In this document: piece after piece, positions 51,322-61,574 of the stretch | How positions within the stretch are numbered: position 1 is the first letter of the stretch | How the letters are laid out: each line of letters begins with the position of its first letter | NCBI GenBank assembly: GCA_050253415.1 | Contig: JBFWJC010000003.1 | Coordinates: 32,001 to 96,000, forward strand | Direction of reading: 5' to 3' | From: Pedobacter sp. | GTDB taxonomy: Bacteria > Desulfobacterota > Desulfuromonadia > Desulfuromonadales > Syntrophotaleaceae | DNA length: 64,000 bases | The notes under the pieces: generated by a model | Told to the model about the DNA's origin: nothing | What the model saw: only the letters and a program-made list of their open reading frames with translations | Database searches by the model: none | Program-made: the position numbers and the translations under genes

Positions 51322-52305
51322 ATGGTGCAAAATTGGGTACGTCGTGGTTGTTTCCTGGTTTGTCTGATGTTGGTGTTGTCGGTGCCGATGATGGCGTTCG
51401 CTGCTCCTTCCGGCAAACTGATTATTTTTCATGCCGGTAGTCTTTCGGTGCCTTTTGCAGCTATGGAGAAGGCTTTTGAGGCCAAATATCCCGATATCGA
51501 CGTGTTGCGTGAAGCCGGCGGCAGTACCAAGATGGCGCGCCTGATTTCGGAAACCGGGAAACCTGCCGATATTATGGCTTCTGCCGATTATACCGTTATC
51601 GACAAGACTCTGATCCCCGGCAATGCGGCTGTCAATATCCGTTTTGCCACCAATCAACTGGTGCTTTGCTATACGGACAAAAGCAAATTTGCCGACGAGA
51701 TCAACGCTAAAAACTGGCCGGAAATCCTGCAACGCAAGGACGTGGTCTGGGGTCATTCCGAACCCAATCTCGATCCCTGCGGGTATCGCAGTCTGATGGT
51801 TTTGCAACTGGCGGAAAAATTCTATAACCAACCGGGATTGAATGAAAAAATGTTGGCCAACCGTCCGGAAGCGAATGTTCGTCCCAAGGCGGTGGAATTG
51901 ATCACCCTGCTGCAGAACGGCGATATGGATTATGCCTGGGAATACCGGTCCGTGGCGGTGCAGCACGGCCTCAAGTTCGTTACCCTGGATGATCATATCA
52001 ACCTCGGCAATTATCAGTTGGACGATTTTTACAAGCAGGCCAAGGTTCAGGTTACTGGCAATAAACCCGGCACGTTCCTCACTCGCACCGGCCAGTCCGT
52101 GACGTACGGTGTGACACTTCTCAACGATGCTCCCAACAAGGAAGCCGCAGCGGCTTTTCTGGCTTATCTGCTCGATCCTAACGGTGGCTTGAAAATCCTT
52201 GAAGAGATGGGACAGCCGCCGTTTGTACCCGCGCGCGTTCCGACCGCCGCAATGCAAGCAAAGTTGCCTGCTTCCGTGCAGTCGCTTGTAGAGGTCAAGG
52301 AGTAA
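51322..52305 (+). CDS. wtpA: Tungstate/molybdate ABC substrate-binding protein
   Basis: [30 protein letters not shown]. Confidence 0.93.
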   Translation: MVQNWVRRGCFLVCLMLVLSVPMMAFAAPSGKLIIFHAGSLSVPFAAMEKAFEAKYPDIDVLREAGGSTKMARLISETGKPADIMASADYTVIDKTLIPGNAAVNIRFATNQLVLCYTDKSKFADEINAKNWPEILQRKDVVWGHSEPNLDPCGYRSLMVLQLAEKFYNQPGLNEKMLANRPEANVRPKAVELITLLQNGDMDYAWEYRSVAVQHGLKFVTLDDHINLGNYQLDDFYKQAKVQVTGNKPGTFLTRTGQSVTYGVTLLNDAPNKEAAAAFLAYLLDPNGGLKILEEMGQPPFVPARVPTAAMQAKLPASVQSLVEVKE

Positions 52306-52311
52306 GTCTGC

Positions 52312-53160
52312 GTGGCAATGCAGATAAGTGGAGGTAATGCAGGGGCTGCGGGTGAATCTGCCGGTAAGAGGCGGGTGTCTCTCGGCAGCCCCTTTCTTTA
52401 TGTAACCTTTTTCTGCAGTACGGCGGTGCTGCTGTTTATCGTCATGCCCTTGTTCCAGATGGTATCTCAGCCGTCGCTGGCCTCGTTGTGGGAGACCATT
52501 CACGATCCGGAGGTGCTGTCATCCATCTGGTTGTCGGTCTATACCGCCTTGATTGCGGCACTGATCGCTTTCGCGGTCGGCACCCCGCTGGCTTACCTGT
52601 TGGCTCGCTACGATTTTTTCGGCAAGAAACTGATCGAGAGCATTATCGATCTGCCTATCATGATTCCGCATCCGGTTGTCGGTATAGCCATTCTCAGCCT
52701 GCTGGGCCGCGGCCATCCTCTCGGACAGCTGATGGGTAAGATCGGTTTGCGTATCATGGGCAGCGTAACCGGTATTATCGTGGTTTTGACCTTTGTCGGC
52801 CTGCCGTTTTATCTCAATGCCGCCAAATCCGGTTTTGAAAGTGTGCCGGTGCGGCTGGAAAAGGTATCCCGCAGTCTCGGGGCCGGGCGCGCGGCTACCT
52901 TTTTTCGTGTAACCTTTCCCCTCAGTTGGCGGCATATGCTCGGTGGTGTGATCATGTGTGCGGCCCGGGCCGTGAGTGAATTCGGAGCGGTGGTTATCGT
53001 TGCGTATCATCCCATGATCGCACCGGTGCTGATGTATGAGCGCTTTACGGCCTATGGGCTCAAGTACTCCCAACCGGTTGGCGTGTGGCTGATTCTGGTG
53101 TGCCTGACATTGTTCATGCTGTTGCGTCTGGTGTCTTTGCCGAGCAAGGTGGAGCGATGA
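52312..53160 (+). CDS. wtpB: Tungstate/molybdate ABC permease
   Basis: DLPIMIPHPVVGIA, ARAVSEFGAVVIVAYHP. Confidence 0.92.
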   Translation: MAMQISGGNAGAAGESAGKRRVSLGSPFLYVTFFCSTAVLLFIVMPLFQMVSQPSLASLWETIHDPEVLSSIWLSVYTALIAALIAFAVGTPLAYLLARYDFFGKKLIESIIDLPIMIPHPVVGIAILSLLGRGHPLGQLMGKIGLRIMGSVTGIIVVLTFVGLPFYLNAAKSGFESVPVRLEKVSRSLGAGRAATFFRVTFPLSWRHMLGGVIMCAARAVSEFGAVVIVAYHPMIAPVLMYERFTAYGLKYSQPVGVWLILVCLTLFMLLRLVSLPSKVER

Positions 53161-54194
53161 TCAAACTTGAGCAATTGACGGTTAAACTGCCGGGTTTTGC
53201 CGTGCAGGATATTTCACTACAGGTGGCGCCGGGAGAATTCTTTGCTCTGCTCGGGCCCACCGGTTCGGGAAAAACGGTGATCCTTGAATCGATCGCCGGT
53301 CTGGTGCATGTCACAGGTGGCGTCATCCGGGTGGACGGCAAGACCATTACGCATGTGCCTCCGGAGCAGCGGCGTATCGGAATTGTGTATCAGGATTACG
53401 CGCTGTTTCCCCACCTGACGGTAATGGACAACATCTGTTACGGCTTGCGTTATTTCGATCTGGATATGCGGCAGACCCGCCAGAGAATCGACCATCTTGT
53501 TGAATTGCTCGGCCTGCAAAATATCATCCATCGGCGGCCGTTACATCTTAGTGGTGGCGAAAAGCAGCGTGTGTGCCTGGCGCGGGCTCTGAGTGTCAAC
53601 CCTTCGGTATTGCTCCTCGATGAACCGCTGTCGGCACTCGATCCCAATTTTCGAGAAGAAATTCGACGCGTCCTGAAAAAACTGCATGGAGAACTCGGTA
53701 TCACTTTCATGATGGTGACTCACGATTTTAGCGAGGCTTTGTATCTGGCCGACCGGGTCGGGGTGATTCGCAATGGGCGCATGGAGCAGGTCGGTTCCAC
53801 CGAGGACATTTTTTTGCGTCCGGCCAATCCGTTTGTGGCCGAATTCGTCGGTATGAAAAATATTTTTACGGTCAGTGTTGCCGATCAAACGATGGAGTTC
53901 GGTGGTTTGAGTTGTCCTTTGTCGGAACCCCTATCCTGCAAACAAGGCGTTCTGGCGTTGCACCCTGAAGATATCGTGCTGCAGCGCGAGGAGGAGTTTT
54001 CAGACGAATATGTACATTATTCCGGAATTATCGAGCAGATCGTACCGGCCGGGCTCTGGCATGAGGTAAGGGTCCGCTGTGGAGAGACTTGTTTCAAGAC
54101 CATTATGGATCGCAAGACTCTTATGACGCACCGCTATAACGAAGGTGATGCCGTATATCTTGGATTTCAGGCCGGGGCAGTGAGGGTTTTCTGA
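53157..54194 (+). CDS. wtpC: Tungstate/molybdate ABC ATP-binding protein
   Basis: GPTGSGKT, LSGGEKQR, LLLDEP; ATGA overlap with wtpB. Confidence 0.9.
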   Translation: MIKLEQLTVKLPGFAVQDISLQVAPGEFFALLGPTGSGKTVILESIAGLVHVTGGVIRVDGKTITHVPPEQRRIGIVYQDYALFPHLTVMDNICYGLRYFDLDMRQTRQRIDHLVELLGLQNIIHRRPLHLSGGEKQRVCLARALSVNPSVLLLDEPLSALDPNFREEIRRVLKKLHGELGITFMMVTHDFSEALYLADRVGVIRNGRMEQVGSTEDIFLRPANPFVAEFVGMKNIFTVSVADQTMEFGGLSCPLSEPLSCKQGVLALHPEDIVLQREEEFSDEYVHYSGIIEQIVPAGLWHEVRVRCGETCFKTIMDRKTLMTHRYNEGDAVYLGFQAGAVRVF

Positions 54195-54257
54195 GCTTCA
54201 TTCATTCGTCCGTTGTCATTTGGTTATTGGTTATGTTCCTTACGAAAGGGTCATTGC

Positions 54258-55238
54258 ATGTTGAAGAGGGGACGGAGAATATTGGCCGCTGGGTTGACGT
54301 TGCTGTGCATGATGCAGGCAGGAGTAGCGTTTGCTGCTCCCTCGGGAAAACTCATCATTTTCCATGCCGGCAGTTTGACGGTGCCTTTTGCGGCTATGGA
54401 AAAGGATTTTGAGGCGCGTTATCCCGGCGTTGATGTGCAGCGGGAATCGGGGGGGAGTACGCGCATGGCGCGTTTGATCTCTGAAGTCGGCAAGCCTGCC
54501 GATCTTATGGCTTCGGCCGACTTTCAGGTCATCGACAAAAGCCTCATCCCGGCACTTGCCGATTTCAATATCCGCTTTGCCACTAACGAGTTGGTGCTGA
54601 CTTTCTCCGAAAAAAGCAAGTTCGCCGACGAAACCAACACCAACAACTGGTTCGTTATCCTGGGGAGGCCGGGCGTGTTATGGGGGCATTCCGACCCCAA
54701 TATCGATCCCGGCGGTTATCGCAGCCTGATGGCGATTCAACTGGCGGAGAAGTATTATAAAAAGCCCGGCCTCTACAAAAGGCTGATTGCAAACCGTCCC
54801 AAGGAAAATCTGCGCGACAAGGCCGTCAGTCTGACCTCCCTGGTGCAGAACGGCGACCTCGACTATGCCTGGACGTATCGTTCGCTTGCCCTGCAACATC
54901 ACCTGAAATTCGTGACTTTGGATGAACACGTTAACCTGGCCAACATTGCCTATGATGATTTTTACGGTCAAGCCAGTGTGCGGGTGACCGGAGAGACCCC
55001 CGGAACCTATTTTGATCGTAAGGGGCGTTTTGTCGCTTATGGCATAACAATGCTTAAGGATGCCCCCAACCGGGAAACTGCCGAGGCATTTCTGGTCTAT
55101 CTTTGCGATCCGCACGGGGGGCAGGAGATCCTCCAACGCTATGGTCAGCCGCCTTTTAATCCGGCTTTTGTTCCGACGCGCGCCATGCATCAGACGTTGC
55201 CCGAGTCCCTTAAAAATCTGGTTACGGTTACCCAATAA
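54258..55238 (+). CDS. Second WtpA-like binding protein (paralog)
   Basis: Collinear with 51322-52305 ([15 protein letters not shown]...); has DPGGYR and YAWTYRS. Confidence 0.9.
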   Translation: MLKRGRRILAAGLTLLCMMQAGVAFAAPSGKLIIFHAGSLTVPFAAMEKDFEARYPGVDVQRESGGSTRMARLISEVGKPADLMASADFQVIDKSLIPALADFNIRFATNELVLTFSEKSKFADETNTNNWFVILGRPGVLWGHSDPNIDPGGYRSLMAIQLAEKYYKKPGLYKRLIANRPKENLRDKAVSLTSLVQNGDLDYAWTYRSLALQHHLKFVTLDEHVNLANIAYDDFYGQASVRVTGETPGTYFDRKGRFVAYGITMLKDAPNRETAEAFLVYLCDPHGGQEILQRYGQPPFNPAFVPTRAMHQTLPESLKNLVTVTQ

Positions 55239-55293
55239 CACGTTCGGGTACCGGATTATAGATTCCGGCAATATTTGAGTTCCAAGGAACAAG

Positions 55294-55339
55294 GGCTCCG
55301 TCATGGCTTACCAGCTTGCATGGCGGAGCCTTATTTTTT
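55294..55339 (+). terminator. Intrinsic terminator after the wtp operon
   Basis: GGCTCCGTCATG...CATGGCGGAGCC-TTATTTTTT. Confidence 0.8.
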
Positions 55340-55615
55340 GCGTAGAGGGTGTAACCGTTGCCCGGCCGGACAGATATTTGCATTTTGCCATGGACATGGT
55401 TGGCCTAGCTGACCTAAAATGCGTTTTTTATACGTAGCGACATCCATGCCGCAAAAGATCTTTCCGGTAACTGCTTTGCTCTTTTGATTCTCCCCAACGG
55501 TTTTCCTTTTCCGCCTCCGTGGCGGTTCTGTTTTTGGGGGAGATGTAAAAAAAACAGGCGTGCGTGCCGGAACGGATGGAATATAACAACCCCAAGACAA
55601 CAGTGAGTCAGGACC

Positions 55616-56992
55616 ATGGATATTCTTTCATTGGTAAGAGAGCGTCACGCAGAAACCTATGATCTGCACAAACAGCACATTAATCCCCAGTTCGTTAGAG
55701 TTCTGGAGGTTATAGGATTTAATCGCAATTACGTCAGCAGCAAAGGTTCCCGGCTCATCGATGCCGAGGGGCGCGAGGTCCTCGATTTTCTGGCCGGCTT
55801 TGGCGTATTCAATATCGGACGTAATCATCCGCTGGTTGCTCAGGTGTTGCACCAGATGCTCGACTCCGATCCGGCCAATATGGTGCAGATGGATCTTGGC
55901 GGGATTTCCGGTATGCTGGCTGAAACCCTGGCCAGGATCACTCCCGGGGATCTGGATGCGGTGTTTTTTACCAACTCCGGTGCCGAAAGCGTGGAGGGGG
56001 CTCTTAAATTCGCCCGTCAGGCGACCCGCCGCCATAAGGTGGTTCACTGCCATCATGCTTTTCACGGTTTGACGCTGGGTGCATTGTCGGTCAACGGCAA
56101 CCGCGAATTCCGTGAGTTCAACGAGCCGCTGTTGCCCGGTTGCATTCAGGTACCTTTTAATGATCTGGAAGCTCTGGAACGCGCACTGTCCACCGGTGAT
56201 GTGGCGGCCTTTATCGTCGAGCCGATTCAAGGCAAAGGTGTGTTTGTTCCGGATGACGATTATCTGCCGGGCGCCCGTCAGTTGTGCGACAAATACGGCA
56301 CGTTGATGATAGCCGACGAAGTGCAGACCGGCTTCGGACGCACCGGAAAAATGTTCGCCATCGATCACTGGGGCGTGGTGCCGGATATTATGGCCGTTTC
56401 CAAGGCACTCTCAGGCGGCTTCGTCCCGATCGGGGCGGTTATTACCAAACGTGCCATCCATTCCAAAATATTCGACAGCATGGAACGTTGCTTCGCGCAC
56501 TCCAATACCTTCGGGCAGAACGATCTGGCCATGGCAGCCGGGCTGGCTACCATTGAGGTGCTGGAGAATGAAAATCTGGTGGCACAGGCAGCCGAAATTG
56601 GCGATTACATCATCGCCGGCTTGAAGGAAAAGGCGCAACGTTATGAAATGTTGCATGAAATTCGCGGCAAAGGCCTGATGGTCGGCATGCAGTTCGGTGA
56701 GCCCAAATCCTTCACGCTTAAAACCGGATGGAAACTGGTGCATAAAATGAATGCCGACCTGTTCGGTCAGATGATCACCATGCCTTTGATGGAAAAACAT
56801 AACATCCTGACCCAGGTAGCCGGGCATGGTCTCGATACCGTAAAAATCCTGCCTCCGCTTGTCATCGGCCGCAAAGAAGCGGATATGTTCCTCGATGCCA
56901 TGGAAGCGGTCCTTAAAGATGTTCACCGCTTTCCCGGGGCGGCTTGGACTACCACCAAAGACCTTGCTGTGCGTACCCTTAAGAGTTCCTGA
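55616..56992 (+). CDS. hpnO: Class III aminotransferase, aminobacteriohopanetriol synthase-like
   Basis: DFLAGFGVFNIGRNHP, NSGAESVE, IADEVQTGFGRTG, SKALSGG; hopanoid context. Confidence 0.85.
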   Translation: MDILSLVRERHAETYDLHKQHINPQFVRVLEVIGFNRNYVSSKGSRLIDAEGREVLDFLAGFGVFNIGRNHPLVAQVLHQMLDSDPANMVQMDLGGISGMLAETLARITPGDLDAVFFTNSGAESVEGALKFARQATRRHKVVHCHHAFHGLTLGALSVNGNREFREFNEPLLPGCIQVPFNDLEALERALSTGDVAAFIVEPIQGKGVFVPDDDYLPGARQLCDKYGTLMIADEVQTGFGRTGKMFAIDHWGVVPDIMAVSKALSGGFVPIGAVITKRAIHSKIFDSMERCFAHSNTFGQNDLAMAAGLATIEVLENENLVAQAAEIGDYIIAGLKEKAQRYEMLHEIRGKGLMVGMQFGEPKSFTLKTGWKLVHKMNADLFGQMITMPLMEKHNILTQVAGHGLDTVKILPPLVIGRKEADMFLDAMEAVLKDVHRFPGAAWTTTKDLAVRTLKSS

Positions 56993-56994
56993 TA

Positions 56995-59676
56995 ATGATT
57001 TTTCACTTGCTCGATAAACTTGTGGCAGGTCTGTGGCGTCTGATATCCCGTATGCCGCGCACCATCGTATGGTGCGCGGTTGCCCTGGCGGCCCTGGCAG
57101 CGGTTATTTCGGTCCTGTTTTTACGACTGGATAGTGATCAGGATAAGCTGGTTTCCCAGGATCTGCCTTACCAGCAGCGTTATCTTGAGGTACTGAAAAA
57201 TTTCGGTGACCAGGAATATCTGTACATCGTAATTCAGGTCGGGGAAGGGGACACGGGCAAGCGCAACGCCGAAAGGTTCGCAGAGACCTTGGCAACCCGC
57301 CTCAAAGGTTTTCCCGATCAGATTCAGGAAATCCATTATCGTCTTGCTGCTCAGGACCTGGGACCCGGTGCACTTTACTTCGCATCCCTGGATGAGGCGA
57401 AGGGCCTTACCGACATGGTGGGGGCCATCGGTCCCGTGGCAACCGACTGGCTCCGAAGCGGCACGTTGCCCGACCTTGTGGAACGTGTCAGCGGTTTGCT
57501 GGGTGGTGGCATCAGTGATGATGCAGCACCGGATCCCGCGCTGCTGGAGCCGGCACTTGAAGGTCTGAACGGATTTGTGACCCGTATCGATCAGGCCCTG
57601 GCCGGGGAAGTGTCGACCGGCCCAGTGTTTGATATGACGGATCGGGGTGTGCATTATTTCTTTACCACCAACCAGCGTTTGCTGGTTATGCGTATGTTGC
57701 CGGTCAAGGACTACGGCACCATGGATGTCATCGCAGGTCCTTTGGCGACAGTCCGTGAGGCCTTGTCGCAAACCCGCGCCGAATTCCCCGGGATTGAGGC
57801 TGGTCTGACCGGTCGACCGGTGCTGCAGGCCGATGAAATGGCTACCACCAATCTCGATATGATGCGTGCTTCGATCATTTCCGTGATACTGGTCGGTTTG
57901 CTCTTTATGCTGGTGATGCATGGCTGGTTGCGACCGGTGTTGGTCATATTCTGCCTTATTCTGGGCATGGCCATGACCTTTGGTTTCACCACGGTGACCC
58001 TCGGAGTGCTCAACCTGCTGTCGATCGTATTTGCGCTGGTGCTGGTCGGCATCGGGGTCGACTTCGGGGTGCATGTCGTTATGCGTTACGTGGAGGAACG
58101 CAAGGCGGGTGCAGAGGTTGATGAAGCCGTACGTATTTCGTTGATGCAAACGGGTCCTGGTGTCATCCTTGGCGCCACCACCTCGGTATGCGCGTTTTAT
58201 GCCGTTGTGTGGTCCGATTTTACCGGCTTGGCCGAGCTTGGTTTGATCGGCGGCACCGGAATCCTGCTGTGCCTTGTGGTGATGCTCACGGTTTTGCCGG
58301 CGTTGTTGCTGATGGCCGGTCGTCGCAATCTTTTTCCCAAATCGATGCCGCAGCTTACCGCTTTGCCGGTATTCGGGCGGTTGTCGGCGCGTCCGGGCCG
58401 TTTGTTAGTCATTCTCGTTTTGGTGACCCTGGTGCTTCTGCCCGGTCTTTTCAAGGTGAGATTCAATTACAACCTGCTTGAACTGCAGGCCGAAGGTCTG
58501 GAGTCGGTGCGTTACGAAAAACGCATGATCGAGGATTCTGACGAATCGACCTGGTATGCGGTTTCGGTAGCAAACGACCTTGAGCAACTTAATGCTTTGC
58601 GGAAACAATTCAAAGCGTTGCCTACCGTGGGTAAAACGGAAAGTCTCAGCGATTACCTGCCCCAAAACCAGCAAAGCAAGGCCGCGCTTTTCAGCAGGGC
58701 TGCAGCTCTCCTTGGAGACTTGCCGCTCCAGCCGGTGGCAGCAGGTCCCATCGATGCGCAGCGTATGCTGGATGCTCTGGACAGCCTTTCGGTTGCCCTG
58801 GATAACCTGGCCGAAAAACTGTTTGCTGCCGGCGCCGGCGAGGAACTCTCCCGCGTCGATGCCCTGATCAAAAAGCTCGATTCAGCTTATGCCCGACTTG
58901 ACGGTGATCCGTTGCTGGCAAGTCGTCTTCTGCCGTTGCAATCCCAGCTGCAGACCGATGTCATGGGCGGTCTCCGGCAGTTGCAGGCATGGCTTGGTGC
59001 CAAGCCCATCGGGATTGGTGATTTGCCGGTATTTCTACGTGGAATGTTCGTTGGCCGCGATGGCACCATGCAGCTCAAACTGATTCCCAGGGAAAATATC
59101 TGGAAGGCTGCAAATCTTAAGACCTTCGTTCAGGATATCCGGAAAATTGATCCGCAGGTTACCGGGGTGCCAATCAGTGTGTATGAGTCGGCGCGTCTGA
59201 TGAAGCATACTTTTTTGTATTCCGCCATTCTGACTCTTGTGCTGGTCAGCCTGCTGTTGTGGGCCAGCTCCCGTTCGCTGCGGTACATTTTACTTGCGAT
59301 GCTGCCCCTGGCGGTCGGGATGTTGTGGCTGCTTTCGCTGATGGGTTGGTTCGGACTGAACTTTAATCTTGCCAATTTTTTCGCTATTCCCATCCTTATC
59401 GCCATCGGGGTTGATGGCGGGGTGCATTTTCTTGCACGCTGGAAGGAGTTGCGTAACGGATGCCTGTTTGAAACCAGCACGCCGATGGCCGTTACCCTTA
59501 GTTTTGCCACCACCATGATTGGGTTTGGCGGGCTGCTTTTTGCGCACCATCGCGGATTGGCAAGCCTGGGATGGGTAATGGTCCTCGGTTCGCTGACGGG
59601 TATGCTGAGTTGTCTGCTGGTGCTGCCGGCGGTTCTCAAGCTTTTTCGCTATGGGGAAACTTCGAATAAGGAGTAG
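56995..59676 (+). CDS. hpnN: Hopanoid-associated RND/MMPL transporter
   Basis: Two MMPL halves; GIGVDFGVH, AIGVDGGVH, TTMIGFGGL..HRGLASLG. Confidence 0.85.
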   Translation: MIFHLLDKLVAGLWRLISRMPRTIVWCAVALAALAAVISVLFLRLDSDQDKLVSQDLPYQQRYLEVLKNFGDQEYLYIVIQVGEGDTGKRNAERFAETLATRLKGFPDQIQEIHYRLAAQDLGPGALYFASLDEAKGLTDMVGAIGPVATDWLRSGTLPDLVERVSGLLGGGISDDAAPDPALLEPALEGLNGFVTRIDQALAGEVSTGPVFDMTDRGVHYFFTTNQRLLVMRMLPVKDYGTMDVIAGPLATVREALSQTRAEFPGIEAGLTGRPVLQADEMATTNLDMMRASIISVILVGLLFMLVMHGWLRPVLVIFCLILGMAMTFGFTTVTLGVLNLLSIVFALVLVGIGVDFGVHVVMRYVEERKAGAEVDEAVRISLMQTGPGVILGATTSVCAFYAVVWSDFTGLAELGLIGGTGILLCLVVMLTVLPALLLMAGRRNLFPKSMPQLTALPVFGRLSARPGRLLVILVLVTLVLLPGLFKVRFNYNLLELQAEGLESVRYEKRMIEDSDESTWYAVSVANDLEQLNALRKQFKALPTVGKTESLSDYLPQNQQSKAALFSRAAALLGDLPLQPVAAGPIDAQRMLDALDSLSVALDNLAEKLFAAGAGEELSRVDALIKKLDSAYARLDGDPLLASRLLPLQSQLQTDVMGGLRQLQAWLGAKPIGIGDLPVFLRGMFVGRDGTMQLKLIPRENIWKAANLKTFVQDIRKIDPQVTGVPISVYESARLMKHTFLYSAILTLVLVSLLLWASSRSLRYILLAMLPLAVGMLWLLSLMGWFGLNFNLANFFAIPILIAIGVDGGVHFLARWKELRNGCLFETSTPMAVTLSFATTMIGFGGLLFAHHRGLASLGWVMVLGSLTGMLSCLLVLPAVLKLFRYGETSNKE

Positions 59677-59679
59677 CAC

Positions 59680-60492
59680 ATGTTGCGAAACATGCTTATC
59701 ATGCTGATATTTCTGGTCTCCACGGCCAGTCCGGCATTTTGCAGTGAAAACTTAGATTTTGTCATTATTCAACCGGGGCAACCGGGTACTTCCCAGGATG
59801 CACAGCCGGTCATGGATGCCCTTGCGAGTTATCTGCAAAAAAAACTGGGTACCGGAGTTACGATTCACGGTCGCTATTTTAACCAAACCGAGGAGGCTGC
59901 CGCCTATCTGGCAGAGAACCAACCTGAGTGGGGCATCGTCGGACTTGGCTATTACCTGGGCCATACCGGTACACGTTGCATGACCCCCTTAGCATCAACC
60001 CGGCCGGGAGGGGCAGATAGCGATGTCTGGAGATTGGTGGTTGCCAAGGACGGTCCGGATAAGTGGCAATCCCTGAAAGGTACGGTTTCGGGCACAATGT
60101 TGTTTGAGCCTGGTATAGCAGCCGGATTGTTATTTGATACGCCGGCCGCAGAGTTACCTTTTACTCTGGAAGGGACGGTTCGTCCGTTGCGCGCCTTGCG
60201 TTCCGTGTTGCGCGGCAAGGGGGGCGCGGTGGTGCTTGATAAACCGCAATACGACGCCGTTCAGGCGCTGTCCATGGCATCTGGCCTTAAAGTTATAAAA
60301 ACATCCATGGCTCTGCCGACCTCGGCTGTTGTTGCTTTCGGCCCAAAGCAGAAGATTCACGAGCGTTTGAGTGCTGTGTTGCATGCAATGCGCAATGATC
60401 CGGCTGCCGCTGATCTGCTGCAGTTGTTACAAACCGAGGGGTTTGGTCCCGTTGATAAACGGCTTGACGCATTGAAGGAAAAAAGTGCATGA
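59680..60492 (+). CDS. Exported PhnD/SsuA-like substrate-binding-fold protein
   Basis: Signal peptide; LASYLQKKLG, LPTSAVV, C-terminal GF; weak family call. Confidence 0.55.
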   Translation: MLRNMLIMLIFLVSTASPAFCSENLDFVIIQPGQPGTSQDAQPVMDALASYLQKKLGTGVTIHGRYFNQTEEAAAYLAENQPEWGIVGLGYYLGHTGTRCMTPLASTRPGGADSDVWRLVVAKDGPDKWQSLKGTVSGTMLFEPGIAAGLLFDTPAAELPFTLEGTVRPLRALRSVLRGKGGAVVLDKPQYDAVQALSMASGLKVIKTSMALPTSAVVAFGPKQKIHERLSAVLHAMRNDPAAADLLQLLQTEGFGPVDKRLDALKEKSA

Positions 60493-61232
60493 AGGTTGTG
60501 ATTTTTTTTCTTTTTGGGTTAATATGCACCCTTTCCGGGTGTGTGGCTCCGTCGGTAGAAACGGGAACCCCCGTTGCCGGCTTGCCTGCGGCCACCTATG
60601 AAAGCCTGGATTTATGGGAGTCTTGCGACACCACACAGGCCGAAGCTTATCGCGATGCTGCCGATCAGGATGCCAATGCAGCACTGCGCGGCGCTGCCTG
60701 CTACGCCTATCTGGTAGAACGTGCCAATGGCGATCTGACGGCCGCGGAGAACGGCCGCAAGTTGGCCGAAAAGGCGGTGGTCGCTTTTCCTCAAAGTGCC
60801 GAAGCCCATTACCTGCTCGGGTATCTGGCAGGACTGGTCGCGCAACGCAACTCCTTGCGGGCATTGTCGCTGGTGCCTGTCATCGAACGTGAGGCTTTGG
60901 CGGCGTTCGATTTAGACCCGAGCCTTGACCAGGCAGGGCCTGCTCGCATGCTCGGTGACCTTTACCTGCGGGCTCCTGAGTTTCCCGTGAGCATCGGGGA
61001 TCCGTCCCTGGCCGTGGATTATTTCCGTCAGGCGGTCGAGCTGGCTCCGGATCAGGCCGATAATCGCCTTGGACTTATCGAGGCACTGCTTACCGAGGAC
61101 CAGACCGCAGATGCCTGTCGACAATTGCAAACTTTGTGGCAGACTCTGGCTCCGGAGGAAGACCCCGGTAGCGTCTGGCAACGAGGGCTCGACCTGCAGC
61201 TTCGTATGTGTGAAGGCTTGGAGCAGAATTGA
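60489..61232 (+). CDS. TPR lipoprotein (TatT-like)
   Basis: LSGC lipobox; AHYLLG, GPARMLGDLYLRAP..PVSIGD...A..YFRQAVELAP. Confidence 0.65.
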   Translation: MKVVIFFLFGLICTLSGCVAPSVETGTPVAGLPAATYESLDLWESCDTTQAEAYRDAADQDANAALRGAACYAYLVERANGDLTAAENGRKLAEKAVVAFPQSAEAHYLLGYLAGLVAQRNSLRALSLVPVIEREALAAFDLDPSLDQAGPARMLGDLYLRAPEFPVSIGDPSLAVDYFRQAVELAPDQADNRLGLIEALLTEDQTADACRQLQTLWQTLAPEEDPGSVWQRGLDLQLRMCEGLEQN

Positions 61233-61381
61233 TGGCGTCGCAAAAAGTCCGCCCTGCCGCGTTTCGGCGTTTTTTCAGGACCTCGACATACCGATGTATG
61301 CCTTCACCCTTGAAAAAACACCAGGCCTCGTAGAACGAAAATTTTGCTTAGCCATCGTGTAAGTTTTTGCGAATGCATCAA
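61229..61381. mobile_element. Approximately 150-bp MITE/REP-like element with terminal inverted repeats
   Basis: TTGATGGCGTCGCAAAAA ... TTTTTGCGAATGCATCAA, with internal palindromic segments. Confidence 0.65.
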
Positions 61382-61574
61382 GATTCAGTTTTTTTCCTCC
61401 GGTTTTGTGCCGGTGTGTCAAGTACGTAGCTATGGCTGACGCAGGATGGTGTCCGACTGCAAGGGGACGCCGCCCTGCGTCGCTGTTTTTCGCCGATGAG
61501 GATGTTCTGACCGTAGCTCCGATCGGCTGTGGCTTAAACATTTCCATTTGATTGCCTGTTTTAAGGAGATAGTT

